Assembly: GCF_964355755.1 (NCBI RefSeq)
Contig: NC_092672.1
Coordinates: forward strand, 26,666,437-26,730,436
DNA from: Antedon mediterranea
Taxonomy: Eukaryota; Animalia; Echinodermata
DNA: 64,000 nt
Direction: 5' to 3'
A program made the translations under genes and the position numbers. Position 1 is the first letter of the stretch. Every line of letters begins with the position of its first letter. Shown here piece by piece: positions 48,882 through 62,830 of the stretch. The notes beneath the pieces were generated by a model, which was not told the DNA's origin, did not search any database, and saw only the letters and a program-made list of their open reading frames with translations.

Positions 48882-49163
48882 GAGCGTCTGGTGCAGTGTG
48901 TTGGACGTTCTACGTTGGATTACTGATCGTGAAATTGTGGTTCTAATCCAACTCTCGCCACATTGCTTGTATCCTTATGCAATTGAACACTTTACTTACA
49001 TTTACCTCTCTCCACCAAGTTGTATAAAAATGGGTACCGGTTAGATCACGATACACAACTTTGCAACGTAGCTGTATTATTATGGGCGTATGTTTTCCGC
49101 GTGTTTCATCCAAGATGACAGGCGGTTTATGCAGCGCATTAAGAGCTTGCTTATTGCGCTATA
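48882..49163 (+). mobile_element. tRNA-derived CORE-SINE
   Basis: A/B-box-like head (TGGTGCAGTG...GGTTCTAATCC), CORE-like GTATCCTT...CACTTTACTTACATTTACCTCTCTCCACCAAGTTGTATAAAAATGGGTACC, and tail GCAGCGCATT..GAGC...GCGCTATAA. Confidence 0.75.
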
Positions 49164-49551
49164 ATTTTGCCGAGTTGATATAACCTTTCATCATTCACCA
49201 AGTGCCATTATTTGTACCATTACACGAATACAAAACATTCATTATTTGTTTTATATAACATCTAAATAACAAACAAAAATGTTTCAAAAAGTACTATTTA
49301 ACGATCGTTGAATAGTGCGTACTATTGCACGCCATGTGACCCACATTCGTCCAATCAAATGACAGGAATTTATATAGGTGTTATATAAAATGAACTATTA
49401 TTAATATATTGTTTATGCTGATTTTGGTTGAATTGAATTGATTATACATTTTTTTTAAATAATAATCGTAAATCATTTCCAATGTTGACTTTTGATACTT
49501 ACTTTGATCGTCTTCGAGGAAAGTTCTTTACAGAACTATAACTTTTATATC

Positions 49552-51812
49552 TGTAAAAGTATTGTAATAGTTCATAAAATATACACGAGGCGTAGTTGCT
49601 AATAATAATATGATCTTTATTGTTCGATGTTCAATGTAAAAGTGAAAGTAACTTAACTAAAAGTATTCTAAACTCATGGTATAAATGATGAGTGATATTC
49701 ATTGTGGGAGGATACTGTGGTTGTCACACAGGGTGGTAATTTCATACCTGTGCTATGAGTACAGATGATACTAATATCACATCTGTTTACATCCTTCTTT
49801 TTGAAAACTTAAGATATTTACCATTTTAATTTTCTACTGATTTACTACTTTCTTATATCTACTCAATTTCTGCGGTATATTGTATTATTGTGTTCAATCA
49901 AGTAACTTCTAGTTAATCTGCTGGTACTCATTTATTATTAGGAGTCTTTACTGTTACTTTTTCACCTTTATTTAGTAGTGTAAATTCTATAATTCAGTAA
50001 TTGCAAATATATATTACCTCTTTTTCCATTATTTGCACTGTTTTTCAGCTTTTCCTTACTTTTTGGGTAGTGAAGTGAAGACGTAACACGTTTAAATCCA
50101 TATTTTTTAGAAAATTGAAAAACTCCTCACTACAAGTTCATCATCATTGTTGGTTTCTGTTTTTAGCTCAATTAACCTTTCTTTCGTTATGGGCAACGAT
50201 TCTACCATACATACAGGCATATCGTCATTAGACTCAGGTTCAGATACATCAATATCATTGCTGCTTAATGCATCTGCTACATACAAATGTTTACCTTTCA
50301 CATAATATTTCACCTCTAGATCATAACTTGTAGTTGTAATAACATTTTTTGTAGTCTTCGGTGCAACATTCAATCCCAAAGCTAATCTATTGAATTTATC
50401 TATTAAATGTATCTGCCGAATTCTATGTTAAATGTACATAGATCGCTACTTTTGTGATTACCATCCAATATCCATAATTACAGTCAATGTTCGAAAATAT
50501 TTTGGAGTTTGCCAATTTATCATTAATTGCAACGTTTGCATCGGATAGTATTTTCTTTTTAGATTTTTATTTAGATCCGAAGGATCAAGGCAAATTCTAA
50601 CTTTTCCGTTCTTCTTTTTAACGGTTACAATACTTGAGACCCTTTAACGTTTGAAAGTATGTCTTCGTTTTCCATTCTATCAAGTTCTGATTTCATTGTT
50701 TCTCTGAGTGCAACTGGCACTCGTGGAGCATGTACAACAGGCTTAGCATTTTGTTTTAGCTTTAATCTTTGTTGCCCTTGTTTTCAGCCAATACAATAGG
50801 CCTATGGTTTGTAAATCTTTGTGGTGCGGCTCTACATTGTGGATTATACTAACCCTAACATTTTACATGCTTCTAAGCCTAAAATATTACATTTAGCGTC
50901 TACAATGTGAAAATCAAGTGGATAGAATTTTTTATCATACTCACATAATGCAGTAAATTTTCTGTATTTCTGTTTCATGTAAAAGATGTAAGTATAACCT
51001 TACTTTGCTCAATTTTTATAACATTCTTTAAATCATTAATAGCGTTCTTAGTTATAATAATATTGCATTGTGCACCAGTGTCCACTTTGAACGATTGCTC
51101 AGAGTTTTCAATCTTCATTTTCAATCTTTCTTTGGCTGGATCCTTTGCTACCATATCCATGTCCAAGTACGTCTTCTTGCTGTACTTGATCGGCTTTTAC
51201 TATTTCGCTTGTGTTGTTGTCTGCGATGATTAACTTCATCCATATCGGTGAGCGATATAACTAATGTTGTTTCTTTTAAAATAATTTGTTTAAATTCGTT
51301 CGTGGTTAGAATCTTTAGAATTTTCTCTAAAGTCAGATTTTCTTCTTCATATCTCTAGCTTTTTTCGATATTTTTATCGTTTTTAATAGTTGATCACGAA
51401 TGACACCATCTTCAGCATCACCATCTTTTACCAATTATATTGATAGATACATGATTTTTCTTTTGTTTTTTTAATGTCCAGTCCACTTGCAACATTACCT
51501 TCAAATGATACGTCCGACGGCGCTTTAAAGTAAGGTCCTTCAGCCATTTTGCTTAACATTCCGTCACTTCTGACACCATGTAAACTTATTGTTATAGTTT
51601 ATAAAATATACACGAGGCGTAGTTAATTAATATTATTATTATTCGATGTTTAATGTACAAGTGAAAGTAACTTAATTAAAAGTATTCTAATCTATAATGA
51701 TGACTAATATTCATTGTGGTTATACACAGGATACTGTGGTTATCAGAAAGAGTGCTATGCATACCTGTGCTTTGAGTACAGATGATACTTAGAAATATCA
51801 CATCTGTTTACA
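49552..51812 (-). mobile_element. Heavily deleted Gypsy (Mag-like) LTR retrotransposon; LTRs 49552-49791 and 51579-51812
   Basis: Two similar TGTAAA...TTTACA LTRs. Minus-strand PBS TGGTGTCAGAAGTG (51578-51565) and PPT AAAAAGAAGGA next to 49791. Remnants of the gag start (MAEGPYFKAP..FEGNVA), protease (FKVDTGAQCN), RT (VRICLDP) and RNase H (YDLEVKY.KGKHLYVADALS). Confidence 0.9.
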
Positions 51813-52048
51813 AGTACATTTAAGGCGGATTTTTTCTGTGAATAAAATGAAGAATTTTAGAATCATGACGATATCATGTAAAGAAGTAGAAAATGAAAGA
51901 GGCAAAACCCTGAAAGTTAAAAACGGTTGAAAATAATCAACTGAAACTTGTATTGGGTGCGGCAGATAAAGATGATGATTATTAATATTGTTATTATTAT
52001 TATATTAGAATAATGGTAATGATGATGATGATAATAATAAAAAGAACA

Positions 52049-52815
52049 ATAGTAATATTTAAACAAAAACAAGACAGGAACCCACATCAACAGAAGCTGG
52101 AATATTTTTGAAAATTAATAGTCCGGGCCTCAAGGAATTTTTTTTTTTGTTTACATCCATGCTTACATATTTTGGACAATTCAAGTATTTTGGAAAATGA
52201 ATAGTGCCCTCAAGTTGACATACCGTATTTATTCGAATAAACGCCTTTCTTTGAATAAACGTCTCCCTCCAATAATCACCCCTACTCCCCATAGAACATC
52301 GTTTGGAATAAACGGCCCCCTCAAATAAACGCTCCGGGCCTTTATTTTTTCCTCAAATAAACGCCTCGCCACATGCATATACACACAGTACACAGTAGTA
52401 GAATTCATATTCCCATCATCTCCCACCATAGAATTTTTACTGTATTTTATCATTTCTTGATATTAATTATGTTGTATTTTTTCATATTTAGGGAAAATTT
52501 ATTTGATTATACATGCTACCATATTACACACAAAGAAATAAACGCCTCCTTCGAATAGTAATATTTAAACAAAAACAAGACAGGACCCCACATCAACAGA
52601 AGCTGGAATATTTTTGAAAATTAATAGTCCGGGCCTCAAGGAATTTTTTTTTTGTTTACATCCATGCTTACATATTTTGGACAATTCAAGTATTTTGGAA
52701 AATGAATAGTGCCCTCAAGTTGACATACCGTATTTATTCGAATAAACGCCTTTCTTTGAATAAACGTCTCCCTCCAATAATCACCCCTACTCCCCATAGA
52801 ACATCGTTTGGAATA
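52049..52815. repeat. Near-identical direct duplication (about 260 bp repeated at 507-bp spacing) including the 5' part of a mariner-type MITE
   Basis: ATAGTAATATTTAAACAAAAACAAGACAGG...CATAGAACATCGTTTGGAATAA at both 52049 and 52556. Confidence 0.9.
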
Positions 52816-54497
52816 ATTATTATAAGCGCCTCCCTCGAATAAACGCCCCTCTAAAATCTCTCCTGAACAATATATTTAGGATTAGTTTAGCGCCCTCAAG
52901 TTTCTGTAATTTGGAAAACAATTCTTATTTCGGGAATGATGTTCACCAACCAGATTGCCTCTCAAATGTTAATGTGCTTGCCCAACCAATTATTTTTCAT
53001 GAGTTGCCACGATTTTAATTTTGATGATGATATCATAGCTCTTCAGAATTAAAGGCGAGCTTAATGTTTATAACTTATATGAAAGGTGCTGAAATTTAGA
53101 TATATATATATATATATCGTAATACTCAAGCAAGTATACTTAACTTATTTGATCTTAATAAAATATCAATTAAAATCAATTGAAGGGTCTACGTAATCAA
53201 GCTGAAAATGGTATATGGAATATTTTGACAGTCCTGTTACATACGATGTATGAGGGCGCTGATACAACTGCAAGAATTCTGGGCATTCTCCTTCAAATCG
53301 TCTTTTCTTTTCTTGGTTTGTTTTCTCTCATGATTTTAAAACTTTCTATTAGACTTAAGTGAAAGATTGATCAATTTCGATACAAAAATATACCTTGGAG
53401 AGTGTTGCTTCAGATTTGCAAATGACCTTGTAAGACAATTATTTGGATTACCACAGAAAGTTAACGTATTGTAGTGAGGTTATGTATATTGAAACCCCAA
53501 ATTGTTGTTTTTAAACGCGGACGCTGTCTTAAAAAGTCTGAAACATAGAAGGGATTTGTCGATATGTTCAAATAGTTGGGTAGTAGTGGTAATTAGACCT
53601 CGCTTCGCTCGCGTAACGTCTAGGCCGTGCCCACAGATGGTTCTCGAATGCACAGTAATTTCAGCGTAAAACACTGGCGGTTTCAAATGTACGTACCACA
53701 GGACTATAATACATTGTCGTTTACAGAAACGAATGAATGATGATTTATGTAGTCAACTAAAATTAACACCATGGAATTACTTCCGAAATAGAAAGTTGTA
53801 ACAAAATGAGTCCAAATGTTTGATTTGAACTCATTTAAACAAACCCAATTTGTGTTTTGTATGTAACATTAGGGTTGAATGATGGGTACAAAGAACAGCA
53901 ATTTGTGTTCATGTTTTATAGGCCTATAAATATTATACCACTAAATACAGTAGAACATTTGCGATGTAATACTTTGTTAAAACTCAGTCATAGTAAATTG
54001 AAATATAAAGTACATGTAACGATATACCGCTACGACGTTTATATTTTAGTAATTATTAATTAATACACACGTTGAGAACCAACTGTCAGTAATAAAGTTT
54101 ATTTGTACATTATGTGTTTATATCTAACAGTACCCAAACTCGCTGCAATACGAAATTGTCGATTCAAATGGCGACCAAAAATGTCTTTACAGTATTGCTA
54201 AAGTATTGCAATGCCATATCTAAAGGTTTCAGGTTTACCCCCAATGGCCCATACATTTACCTACTTATGTTAAACCAAATAATTACACTGAAGCATCTTC
54301 GTATTATTGTGTGCGGGTATTTTTCAAGATGGACAGTAGTGTATACCACGATCGGAAAACACCCCTATTTGAGGCGAATCGTTGAAGCTAAATTCGTTTT
54401 AATTGTCAATAACTATTACTAGCAGTAACCCGCACGGTCTTTTCTGCATTAATATGTGATTATATACTTTGCATGTATAATAAAAGCGACAAATTAT

Positions 54498-54690
54498 CAA
54501 AATAACAAGACCAACAGCCATAAGTCGCATGCTCTCAGAAAAAAATGAACTTTCAAAAATGAATGTACTTTAAAACTTTTCTGTACATCAAAACAGTTCA
54601 AAAAGTACAGAAAAGCGATAAAACGCATAGTGATACCGGACCGACAGACAGACCGACAGACCGACCGACCAACATAGTGAACTATTGAGT
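54498..54690 (-). mobile_element. Short Helentron/DINE-like copy related to 24604-25410
   Basis: AACAAGACCAACAGCCATAAGTCGC...GCATAGTGATACCGGACCGACAGACAGACCGAC...ACATAGTGAACTAT is the reverse complement of both ends of the 24.6-kb element. Confidence 0.8.
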
Positions 54691-56090
54691 TCAAAAAACA
54701 AAACAAATTGTATCAAGAATAACATATTATGGCCATTGAGTTTGTTATACACTATTCCTTCACTCTAAAATATTTGTAAGCTAAAAAATGAAAGCAATAC
54801 TGGATTTGGAACTATATACTTTACTTTTACTTTTCAGGCTTTACGAAAATAAAAGACGCTAAATAACAATTGTGCTGTGTGAACTAGTTAGATGATGCGC
54901 GAAAACACTAATGAAAGTACAAAATACCAAACTATAATTATTATTTTGGTTTTTGTTGTGGTGTATTCATTATTTGATACATGCAATAAAAAATGGACAT
55001 AAATCGAATGAAAAACACATTGTTGCTGAAACACGAATTGTTAAGTTGTTTTCATGTTCAACAATGTATCAAACCATTTGGAATCGTTTTGCTTTTGTGT
55101 TTTTTTTTTTCATTTACATTTTTTTAAATTTCAATTTTTGGGAGATTTGTTACCTATTCGCTACTTTTGTAATAAGTGTGGTCTAGCAGTAACACGTGCT
55201 CCGCACGGTCTTGTCAGTCTTAATAATAATTCGCATGGGATGATTAAGTATTATAAAAGTGCAATACTGGATATTGGAATATGTGACGTCTGTTAATCAG
55301 TCGGCAGATTAAAACATTTTAATGATAAAATATAAATATGAATTAAGTTAAAGAATTAGGATGTGAGTATTGGAATAATAAAACGGACTTTAAAATCAAC
55401 ACAGAAAGTGCACTCACTACTCGAAATTAGATGATGCGCTCGAACTCAAACTTTTATATCTGATATTTTGTGGAAACACGACTTTGGAATCATTTTATTT
55501 GTGTGGGTTTGCTTTTTTTTTTCTTTTACATTTTTTTAATTGTAATGGTTTTTTATATTTTTTTTATTTGTTTTGCGTGAGGTTTGGTATCTTTTTTGCT
55601 ACTTTTGTAATTATATTGTGGTTTAGATTTTGTGCTTTAACGAAGAAATTTATTATTTACACATATCGCAGATTCGAACTCGAACCTACTAAGCATTAAT
55701 TTCAATGGCCACAGCGTTTTACTCATTGAGCCAAACCGTGATTTAAAAAAATACATTCTGTTCCAAGGATAGGTGTAATTAATTAAAACTTGTTTTGGAG
55801 GAGATACGTAAAATACGCAAACAAATGTAGTAGCATTAATTATAAATTATCTAACTCAGTTTAATTAGTAAACAGGATTACATCAGGTGGTTAAAATCAC
55901 TACCGAAAGTACGAACTAACTTTACATACCATCGAGTAAACATTCTAGAAGTAACGCGCGACTTACGTAAATTTATACAACTGTTATTAACTGTCTATTA
56001 AGACCTCAATCAAAAGTATATCAGTTGATGCTTGTGCTATCATCTGTAGTTGATGTAAGCCCCATTTAGATATGAATAATGAAAACTCTC

Positions 56091-56344
56091 TTATGGTGCT
56101 CTTTTAATCATCATCACTGTCTTCTTGAGACTGTTGTAATTATGGAAATGGAGCCAGAAGATGCTTTTCATATCATCTGTACCTGGTGTAGTGTACAGCC
56201 CATTCAGGTTTGAATAAGAGCAGTCTTTGTACCACCAAGCACCATTGAATCTCTCAGCACAGTTTGCATTGCTTAGCTTATCATTATCTCTATCATACGT
56301 TGTAAATTGTTGACCACTGTGGAATGACGGCAGTAAAGAATCAC
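56091..56344 (-). CDS. Last exon of a fibrinogen-related domain (FReD) gene
   Basis: Acceptor TTTGTTTAG| then GDSL..HSGQQFTTYDRDND....NCAERFNGAWWYKDCSYSNLNGLY...IFW..F....LKKTVMMIKR*. Confidence 0.9.
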
Positions 56345-57823
56345 CTAAACAAAAACAATTATAGATCATCTGTTTTCTAATAAATCTTTAAATTAACATT
56401 CATTTTTAAATATTTGTTTTTCTAGATATTATAAAAAAATTGATATAAAAGGGAAAATAATAATTATACAATATACCCTACAATTCATAATTATGTTATA
56501 ATTGATTTAATTTTGTTTATAAAATTGTATGCTATTACATAAATCATAACACAATATAATATTTTTTTTCATTTATTTATATCTCATATCATAGTCTATT
56601 TTAATATTTTATTGTATATATTTTGTTTGTCATATAGTTATACTTTAAATGCAATGCATTTCAATAATGAAGAAAATACGTAGTTGTGAAAAATTTGGAA
56701 AGGCCATTCAAAAATTTAGTTTAGATTAGGATTATTTTTGCATGTGATTCAATTCAATACTATTATTAGAATTGTTTTGTTCTATTTTCAGATGTTTTTA
56801 GAAGCTTTTCTTTAACATTTGTCCAACGTATGTTGCACAATACACTGTACAGTATATATTCCGTTATTTTTGAAATGGTTTATTTTTCGAAAATGTTTGG
56901 TTTTAACAACTATCAAATTACGTAGAAACCGAAAACAGCTACAGATTATTATTGTCTCACTTGCATGTCAGTTTCGCAGTTAGTTTATTGGAAGATTTGT
57001 GATTCTAAAAATGATTAAAAAAATATAGAAACATTTTTAAAATTTACTACTGTAGTACTGCAAATACAAAATGTAGGCTAGAAATTAGGCCCACTGTATG
57101 GGCTTCAGTTATAATACAGGATGTTGATATGGAAGCTCGTCTAGGCCTCTAGACTTACAAACTGTAGGCTAGACCTTAGGCCCACTGTATGGGCCTCAGC
57201 TATAATATACAGTATGTTAATATGGTAGCTCGTCTAGGCCCCTAGAAAACATTTGTCAACACTTTTACACTTGACATTTGTGATTCAAAAATAAAATAAT
57301 TTAAGCTACATTAGGCCTAGAATAAAAATGGAATTGGAGAAATATCAACACGCGAAAACCTCAATAAAGTAGTTAATATCAAATCATTCTGTATGCGAAA
57401 ATATGGCCATTTACAGTTTCTTTCTAAATTTCTAACCTAAATAAGTTACAAATACTTTGCTGAAATATAATTTCTATCTTTTTACTTCATATTTTTTACA
57501 ATATTTGCAAATAGTAAAATAACAAAATTGTTCCCATAGCTATATTGGATGGAGAGTTTATTGATTTGAAAACACTAGAAAATTGCCAACTTGATTAATC
57601 ATACTATTACATTTTAACAGGTGTTCCTCATTTATCTATTTCATTTGTGGTAAGATTCCATTTCTTTAAATTTTGCATGCTACAAATTATATAGTAATTA
57701 AGGAACCTTGTCAATAGATTTTATGGATTTTCCAATTTGACTAAAATACCATTTTACAATAATTTCGCTCTTATGAAAGTTTTGGAACATTAGTATTATA
57801 ATGTGATGATTATCATTGTCAAC

Positions 57824-57887
57824 CTGAACGTTTCCACAGCCGTGTAAAGGCTATATTCTCTATATTCAGTGTTTTCTTTCTCTGGCA
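57824..57887 (-). pseudogene. Remnant of the FReD 'QRR...F.R.W' exon
   Basis: After ACAG| it reads CQRKKTLNIENIAFTRLWKRS, then a stop or a weak GTTGAC donor. Confidence 0.4.
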
Positions 57888-57966
57888 CTGTTTTAGTAAT
57901 GAATTAGTGAGCTGTGGCGATGATGTTAGATTACTTATAATAAATTTGAATAAACTGTATACTTAC

Positions 57967-58095
57967 CGTCCAACCTCCATCTTTCCTCATGTCACAGTAC
58001 AAACTAAACTCTCCATCACATGACTGTATCACATATTCACCACTATCAGCAGAAGGATTATTTTGTAAAATGTCACCACAGTCCCTCATAAAACT
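57967..58095 (-). CDS. First FReD exon
   Basis: SFMRDCGDILQNNPSADSGEYVIQSCDGEFSLYCDMRKDGGWT|GTAAGT, a canonical fibrinogen-domain start with a phase-0 donor. Confidence 0.88.
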
Positions 58096-58614
58096 CTTTA
58101 AAAAAAGTTTCTGATATAAAAAAGATCACTGATATATAGGTAAAATGAAGTGTTAGGATATATAAAATTATTTATAGTTTTTGCCTAGTTTTCTCATTTA
58201 TAGATTAAGATCATTTTAGTCGCATGCAACGCGACTATACAATAATAATGATAATGATAACGATAACGATAACCATAACGATAACCATAACCATAACGAA
58301 AATGATAAAGATAACCGACAACCGATAGACGATAGACGAAAGACGAAAGACGACAGCCGACAAACGAAAATCGACAATCACAACAACAACAATAATAATA
58401 TACCACATTTATTTATTTGTATCTCATTATTACTTTGTTTTGTTTTATTTTGACTTAATTTGTGCTACTTAGTTTTGTTATTTTTGTATTTTATAAGTAA
58501 TGATGGAGTAAGAGCAGTTTTCTGTTTGGGCTCATGCCTATTACTTGCTCCTGGCAAGATGAATTGTAAAATGTACTTTATGAACTTTTGCCGAATAAAT
58601 ATTATTATTATTAT

Positions 58615-58928
58615 TATTATTATATAGCGCCCTTTTCATGAATAAATATGCTCAAAGGCGCTTAACAAATAGTTCATTCTTATATAGCGCATTGTTAGAA
58701 GCAATGCGCTGCACATTTTTACCCCGGTCATTTTTTGGATCAAACACGTATAGAAACATACTTCCATGATATTTGCAACTAGTACTTAGCGCAAGGTTGT
58801 GTCTTCATCTAACCGGTACCGCCCATTTATACACCTGGGTGGAGAGAGGCAAATGTAAGTACTATCTTGCCTAACCACGATCTCACGATCAGTAATCCAA
58901 CGCCCAATTCACTGCGTCACACGCCCCT
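58615..58928 (-). mobile_element. CORE-SINE copy nested in a Helentron/DINE-like element (about 58213-59005)
   Basis: CCCATTTATACACCTGGGTGGAGAGAGGCAAATGTAAGTA...CACGATCAGTAATCCAACG matches 48882-49163 in reverse. Flanked by TTTTAGTCGCATGCAACGCGACTA (58214) and CACTATGTCGGTCGG (about 58943). Confidence 0.7.
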
Positions 58929-59543
58929 ATAACTCTATGGCACACTATGTCGGTCGGTAGATGAACTCAAATTTGCGCACCCTACTGCATATGGCATTGT
59001 TCTAGTCAATGTTTAGTTTTTAATGTGGGCGATCTGAATGATATCGGTGTCGTTGACTCCAATAGAACTCTCCCTCCTATTACTTTAATAGATTTTCTTT
59101 GTTTCATCCATACACATGAAACAACGAAACCGCAAGATTTTATTTCAATTCTTTGAGAAAAGAGCTTGTATCTATAGAGGAAATTCAATTTCAAATTGCA
59201 AAACTAATATAATGGGCAAACATTTGATGTGAACTTTCATATAGAATGAATGAAGATAGAAGTTTGCAAAATTGTATACTTACTTTTGGAATTGGTGCCC
59301 AGGACCTGAAGGAAAATACCATTAATTTGTAATTAATATACAACAATTAGACAATTACAGTAAAACAAATTAAATGCAAAGTCTAAATCTGATTGGCTAC
59401 AGATTTACAAACTTTATTATTGAAACATCTGTAAATCTAATAACAATTTGTAATAATGTTGATGTTTAGTTGAATCATAATATCACTGGAATTGTTCAGT
59501 TCATCAGTACACTAATCAGTTATGATATACTTATATCACTCAC

Positions 59544-59829
59544 CTTTTCGATGTAACAAAATTCATGGGCTTTGTTTTTTTCAATTGTTGCTTTTTCCAT
59601 TTCCATTCGCTGCCAGCTGATTTGACACACACGATCTTTCTGGTTATAGTTAACCGACAAGCAATAACATTTGTCGGAACATTCCAGCAAACAATTTACA
59701 CGGCTGATATTTTTCAACTCGTAACTCCAACCTTCAAGAGTCTGCTCTCGGATAACTGTATAGAATGAATTGCTCGAAAGATCACTGATGACAAAAGGCA
59801 AAAAAAAAGACAACCAAAATAGTAGGCAT
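59544..59829 (-). pseudogene. First exon of the FReD gene: signal peptide plus PAN/apple domain, with a +1 frameshift in a T9 run
   Basis: ATG at 59829 gives MPTILVVFF, which joins LPFVISDL...SRVNCLLECSDKCYCLSVNYNQKDRVCQIS...FCYIEK|GTGAGT only if the T9 run is T8. Confidence 0.7.
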
Positions 59830-61899
59830 TCTGACGTTTTTAGAAATACGTATTGACCAATGAAACTAATTTGCCGATAGAAGCTCTTGAAGTAATTTGT
59901 AATTGTTTTTCTGTATAACTAAATTGGCAAGGTTTCGTGACACTGATATATTTACGATGCTTAGAAAACGGCGCTTACGCTGGTCTGGTCATGTTGTTCG
60001 GCTGGAAGATTACCGTCTACCAAAAAAATATTTTCTACGGTGAACTGGCTGATTCACCTCGACCACGCACGTCCAAAAGTTTGCTTTAAAGATGTTATTA
60101 AGCGTGATCTGTTTTCTTTTAATATTCCCACTGGTTCTTGGGAAACTCTCACCTCCAACTGAACATCCTTGCGTTCTAAATTAGTAACTGGTCATCAATA
60201 ATTATCTCCCAATGTATATGTTGCTGAATGTGAAAGGCTTCGTAGTATTCGTCACCAATAGAGTAGTTTAAAACCTAATAGCAGATGTTTATAAAATAAC
60301 TGTATATACAAATATTTTAACAAAAAAATGAACTCAACAGAACTTATCCGTAGCAGAGAAGTACTTGGCTTAGTTAAATAAAATGTTTACTCGAGGCTAT
60401 CGTCTGGCATGACGGGATTGGATATTGATAGTAATTTCTACGAAATATAGAAAATTGTCAAGAAACAAAAAATGATGCTCTTAAACAGCCCCTTTGTTCA
60501 ACATATTACATATTCAACTGTAATTTAGAGCAACAAATAGTCAAATTATTCAACCGTTTAGTTTGTCTTTTTATAAGTGAAAACAGTGTGTTTTTCTTTT
60601 TTCTCTACATTAACTTTTTAAAACAACATGGCCTAACAAAATCTTATTTTACTAATCTTATTTTTTTATGTTCTTGGTTGCACCGTTAACCTATGTACTG
60701 ACTTAATTACATTACTTTATGTTTGAAACAGCCATTTTGCATTCATTAATTGCATTCGTTAACACAGGGATTAATAATTAGAAGGACTTTAATTGATAAT
60801 TTCTTTTGTATTCGTGTTGATTTTCCCATTAGGTTTAGGAACTAACGTAAAAATATGTTTCTTCTTGGCTTTAGACCGCACAATATGTGGTTTAAGACAT
60901 ATAGTGGATTGATTTACATGATATAAAAAGTAAGATCTGTTTATTACCATTAGTAATATTCCGATCAATTTTGAAAATTAGTTACCATTTCATAAATGAG
61001 CCATGGTTTCGTTTTTACAACTTAACTTTAACTGCCGACTCTTTCAATAACCTTAACGTAAATTAAAATCGGTGATTGGTCAGATTTATTAATTTTTGTA
61101 GATATAATATTATCTATATTTTTTGTTCGTTTATACGCATATTATTTTTTTTGTCTTTTGTGGGTTTTCCACTTTTATTTCATCATCATCATTAAAATTG
61201 TTTCATTCATTATGATTTTTACATTTATACATCTTGTTTTTGTCTTGTGCGGGGTCGTCCCACTTTTATAATAATTCTCTGTTTTATATGTATATATATT
61301 ATATATAACAATAAAGGTACATTTGTAACAATTAAATATTTGTATGAATATTTCTCTTTCTATTATATTTTACTACGATTTTTACAGTGTTAAAAGTAGA
61401 TAAAATGCAGGCATATTTACATAAAAAGATGATTGATTTCAATATAAAATCATATGCTTTTATTTACAATTTTAAAGAAGATGTTATTAAAATATAAAGA
61501 TAAACATGATAATAAAAGACTATATAAGCTGTCATTAAAATCATACTTATAAAATCTTGTTCGTGTTCGGGTAGAGAGGCTATAAACTCAGAGGAGGAAT
61601 ATAAAATATCCTCCATTGTCACCAAGACAAAAAGGATGAGATAGAAAAAGAGGATTGCAAAAGTTGAAAAATAGATAATAAGGAAGATAGCATGGAATGA
61701 TATATTTAATGAAAACCATAAGGTTAGAGTCCATACACTGTGCAAGTTCAATATACCATGTTGGCCCTGTGTGTATGTGAGACGCTTCATACCCGATGTC
61801 ATCTTATTACAATACTACTACTGTATACAATTTGTAATTGAGAAATAAATTAAAAGAGTATTGCATTTTAGAAAATATAAAAAAAAAACACTTCATACA

Positions 61900-62830
61900 A
61901 CTTATATTCATGCTATCAATTGTAGCAGAGTTTTCTTTTTTGCATCTCATTTACGTTGTGCCTTAATTAAGTTACACATAATGTTAATTTTCTATCAGAT
62001 TTTTCTCTTCAGCAGTGAAAAGAATCCAGATCTTTTTTATCATCTTTATCTTTTCTTTCAGCATTGAGTATTATGTGCACCATGTATATACAGAATAAAA
62101 ACAGAGAAATCATTTCATTTACAATATTGTTTTTTGTTCCTGTAACAATTTTAAACCAAGTAATATTATCTTCAGCTGGAAAGCAATTAGCCAGCACATC
62201 TTTAAATTTGTGCCATGTCCATTGAATGGCATTGCATTCAAACACCATGTGCTGTTCACTTTCTATCTGATTTATACAATTGTCACATACATTGTTTTCT
62301 GTTAAATTCCATAGTTTTTTACACGGAAATATACGATGTAGGAGTTTAAAGTTGAATTGAGCAATTTTAACTATAATGTTTCATCTTGTATACCTTATTA
62401 CTTTATTTATTTATTCCAATCTATCTACGTTATTTAGTTAACATTCCCATTTTCTTTGTGAACCTGGTTCACTGAAATGTTTGTTTATAACATTTTTATA
62501 GTAGATAGATACTTTAATGTTCTTATGCAACAATGAATCATTATTCCCTACAACTTGATTATTTGGATTGTCTTTTCTAATCATTTCTTTCCACACATTT
62601 GGTATGGCATTCATAAGCTGTAAATATTCAATTAAACCATTATGTTTTTTATACAAATTTGGAATTCTTTCACCTGCAGTCATTTTCTCCTCCAAACCTT
62701 TCTTAATATAACCATTTTAATCTTCATTTATAATGGAACCTATAACGCCGTGTAACCTATTAGCCAGAGTATGAGCCATTATTTTATAATCCACATTAAG
62801 TAGTGTTATTGGCCTCCAATTGTTTAAAGG
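61900..62830 (-). mobile_element. Internally deleted L1/Tx1-clade LINE fragment
   Basis: LNNWRPITLLNVDYKIMAHTLANRL..VI..II.ED (RT start) is joined to C-terminal segments: EYLQLMNAIP..WK, FNFKLLHRIFPC, C..C....ESEQHMVFEC (zf-RVT). Confidence 0.8.

Noticed and set aside
49547-51817. Target-site duplication of the Gypsy element
   Set aside because: The flanks ATATC and AGTAC do not match, so no TSD is claimed.
59284-59305. 22-nt micro-exon with good splice signals (TTCCTTCAG|...|GTAAGT) in the PAN-FReD gene
   Set aside because: Including it shifts the frame relative to the visible acceptors of the next exon, whereas skipping it keeps the frame. It cannot be supported without transcripts.
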